DNA of 36,945 bases, from positions 1-36,945 of the forward strand of contig CAJNYD010000046.1 of assembly GCA_905331295.1 (NCBI GenBank), given 5' to 3'. This stretch comes from Rotaria socialis (Eukaryota). This document shows positions 34,570-36,945 of the stretch, in pieces. The notes under the pieces were generated by a model. The model worked only from the letters and a program-made list of their open reading frames with translations. It made no database searches and was not told the origin of the DNA. How positions within the stretch are numbered: the stretch's first letter is position 1; each line of letters begins with the position of its first letter. The position numbers and the translations under genes are program-made.

Positions 34570-34931
34570 TGCCTTTACGCAGAATAGAATACATGAGTCA
34601 TTATTCTGGTCCGAAATCGGTAAGCATTTTCGGATAAATCCTAAATGATTCCTCAATATATAAAATGCGCGGGTGTGGGTATACTGAAATATCATCTGAG
34701 CAAGTAAAAAATCCAGAAAAATTATATATTGATAGCGTCTGTCCGAAAAGTAAAGTACACATTCTTATCCGTTTGTATTTTTATAGAGCACGAAAAAACA
34801 TTATTCAATTCTTTCAACAAGATATTCATTGTTTACGATCTGGTTTCATTGTTGGCATTCAACTCCTTTTGCCCGTAGTCAACGAAGAAGAAGGACAGCT
34901 GCAATTTACAACTACCTAATATCATTTGATA

Positions 34932-36200
34932 ATGCTACCAACTAAAATAAATTATACAGCTTTGTCTTGGGGAATTCCGTTAGGTTCTTTTGTCCTGTTA
35001 TTCTTTGTAATTAGTGTTATTAATAAACGTACGGACTGGTTTCTTCTCAGTACTATTCTGGGAATAGCCACGAAATCGAATAATGACTCAAAGAAAGCGT
35101 CCAAATGTGAGCCTCCTGAAAATAACAGCACTGTTTCGAGAAAACAAGACGGAAAAAAAGAAGACGAAAAGAACAAGAGTATACAGAATTTAGTTACTTG
35201 TAAACAATGTGAAATGGATGTCGCTGTTACTGTAGGAAAAGACGAGGCGGTTACCCCCTTCGAAAAATATCTTTTTATCGAGTTTGGGGACGGTGAAGTT
35301 GCTGTGCCTGAATTAAAATGTTTCATACGCTTTTTAAGTGACTTGATGGCAGCTGCTATTCTTGGAATTTTTGTATCAATCATCGTCGTTAAGTTAATCC
35401 TGTCAAATGAATTAGTAAAAAATGGTAGCAAATGTCCTAAATATAGCGCTGACTGTTTCTCCAACGATGGGAGAAATGACTATAGTCCATACAGTTGTGT
35501 TGATGGGCAATACCTCAATATCACTGGCTATACTGGTCTTGCATGGTGTGTAGGATGGGTTTATAAAGACAAAAGCGCTCAAGATGTACTTGACGCTCTC
35601 GGTACATGCGGTGGGCTACTCGGCATAGTATCGTGTATCTTTCCCTTAGTTTATTACATGCCATACTATAAAAAGTACCATTGGGGAAGTTGCTTGTGTA
35701 TCATCCTTCCAATAGGTGGTGCTCTTGGGCTAGCATTGACGCTATGGGCAACTTGGGATGATGGCCTATCTCAACTTGGTACTACTGTTTTCATTGTTCT
35801 CGTCATCATGATAGTGATTGGCTGGTCTTGGGCATTGTGGCGCTCATGTAGGTGTAACGAATCAAAGCTCTCATGTAGGTGTAACGAATCAAAGCTCTCA
35901 TGTAGGTGTAACGAATCAAAGCGCTCATGTATTTCACATTTTGCATATATCAATCGAAAAAGATGTTCAGGAATCTGCTGTCACTACAGATGGTGTTTTT
36001 GTTTGGTTCATATTTTTTGTGAACAGTATGAATGGTATCCATGGACCTACATATGGCATTTTTGGAAATACCTATGCTGTATGTGTTGCAAGAAGAATTA
36101 TAGCGTATATAATCACTGCCCAACAGCTTGCGAAACAGCAGAATCCGAAATGCCACCATCAGAAAGTCCTGTGACTACTATTCAACCAAAAAGTGAGTGA
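34932..36200 (+). CDS. Intronless multi-pass (about 5 TM) membrane protein with a Cys-containing loop and Cys-rich tail
   Basis: Open 422-codon frame from ATG 34932, hydrophobic segments, loop CPKYSADCFS...C...WC, Cys-rich C-terminus. No recognisable family. Confidence 0.75.
   Translation: MLPTKINYTALSWGIPLGSFVLLFFVISVINKRTDWFLLSTILGIATKSNNDSKKASKCEPPENNSTVSRKQDGKKEDEKNKSIQNLVTCKQCEMDVAVTVGKDEAVTPFEKYLFIEFGDGEVAVPELKCFIRFLSDLMAAAILGIFVSIIVVKLILSNELVKNGSKCPKYSADCFSNDGRNDYSPYSCVDGQYLNITGYTGLAWCVGWVYKDKSAQDVLDALGTCGGLLGIVSCIFPLVYYMPYYKKYHWGSCLCIILPIGGALGLALTLWATWDDGLSQLGTTVFIVLVIMIVIGWSWALWRSCRCNESKLSCRCNESKLSCRCNESKRSCISHFAYINRKRCSGICCHYRWCFCLVHIFCEQYEWYPWTYIWHFWKYLCCMCCKKNYSVYNHCPTACETAESEMPPSESPVTTIQPKSE
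35843..35931 (+). repeat. 27-bp coding tandem repeat x3 (SCRCNESKL)
   Basis: CTCATGTAGGTGTAACGAATCAAAGCT units. Confidence 0.92.
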
Positions 36201-36828
36201 AGAAATCTACAATGACCAGTATCTCAACATGCTATGTATGCTGAAGACTTTTCACGAAAAAGAACTCGATCATATCCGTTCGTTTGAAGACTGTGATATC
36301 TTATTTTTTATTTAAAAAAATAAAACTCGAATCCCCATAAACTGAAAATCATTCATTCTCCTAAAATATTGAGTTGATTGAAGAATATTATTATTTTGGT
36401 TACACTCACCGGTGCTGTTCAGAATGTGAGAGAACACGATTTACTCAAAATGGAACTCAATCCTGACCTTTTCCAAATAGAATGACAAGAAAACCATTCT
36501 GATAGTGAATGGAACGGTTCAGAAGGCTTTCTATTCTGATGAAGAAAGGTTTTTGAATTTGGAAGAAAACATTCTATAACAATATGAAACGTTGAAGAAT
36601 GCATTCACTTAGATGTTGAACGAGTTCGTTTCAGTAGTGAACACATTCGTCAACTTATAGAAAGCGTTCTTCATGAAAAATGTAGCTTTCCCTATTCTGA
36701 TGAATGCGTTCCTTTCCGTTTTTTTTCTATGATAATTTTTCACTGGGTAGTTGACTTATTATCGATTTTTAACTTCATTGAATTAATCTAATTGATAATT
36801 TTCATTTAAAAAAAATCAATCAAGAGTA

Positions 36829-36945
36829 CACTGTAAAAAAAAAGGGTAGAATAATAAACCCTTTAAGGGTTTATGAAAGTGCAACGTAGACTAAACCCTT
36901 TTACCGTATGTGAAAAGTTTCTTAATCCCTTTCATATACCCTTAG
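36829..36945 (+). mobile_element. End of a second CACTG-family element (runs off the window)
   Basis: AGTA|CACTGTAAAAAAAAA, followed by different subterminal motifs (AAACCCTTT/AAGGGTTT). Confidence 0.7.

Noticed and set aside
34952..36174. Overlapping ORFs within the membrane protein gene
   Set aside because: Shadow frames with no independent motifs.

Overview
Eukaryotic, AT-rich, short-intron genomic DNA, most consistent with a bdelloid rotifer. This is inferred from the 45-65 nt introns, (TGTGGG/TGAGGG)n repeats and the ART/TIR/PqaA gene families. A compact housekeeping core (9-exon HAT1 head-to-head with a short NOL11-like gene, then an ADCY9-type adenylate cyclase) is flanked by transposon-rich accessory DNA. 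The accessory genes are an intronless glycosyltransferase-like gene, a ~15-exon PqaA/AprA-like secreted hydrolase, an R-S-E ADP-ribosyltransferase directly upstream of a [TIR + beta-barrel]x3 protein, and a Cys-rich membrane protein. Mobile DNA includes a complete 3.66 kb non-autonomous CACTG/TA element with an internal ~390 bp palindrome, two more CACTG ends, two foldback MITEs and a FLYWCH relic. The most notable observations are the ART-TIR locus (only TIR3 keeps the catalytic Glu, and a phase-compatible splice could fuse the two genes), a minimal type I hammerhead ribozyme at 24673-24713, and four head-to-head telomere-like repeat cassettes. Exon structures were deduced by hand and no database searches were run.
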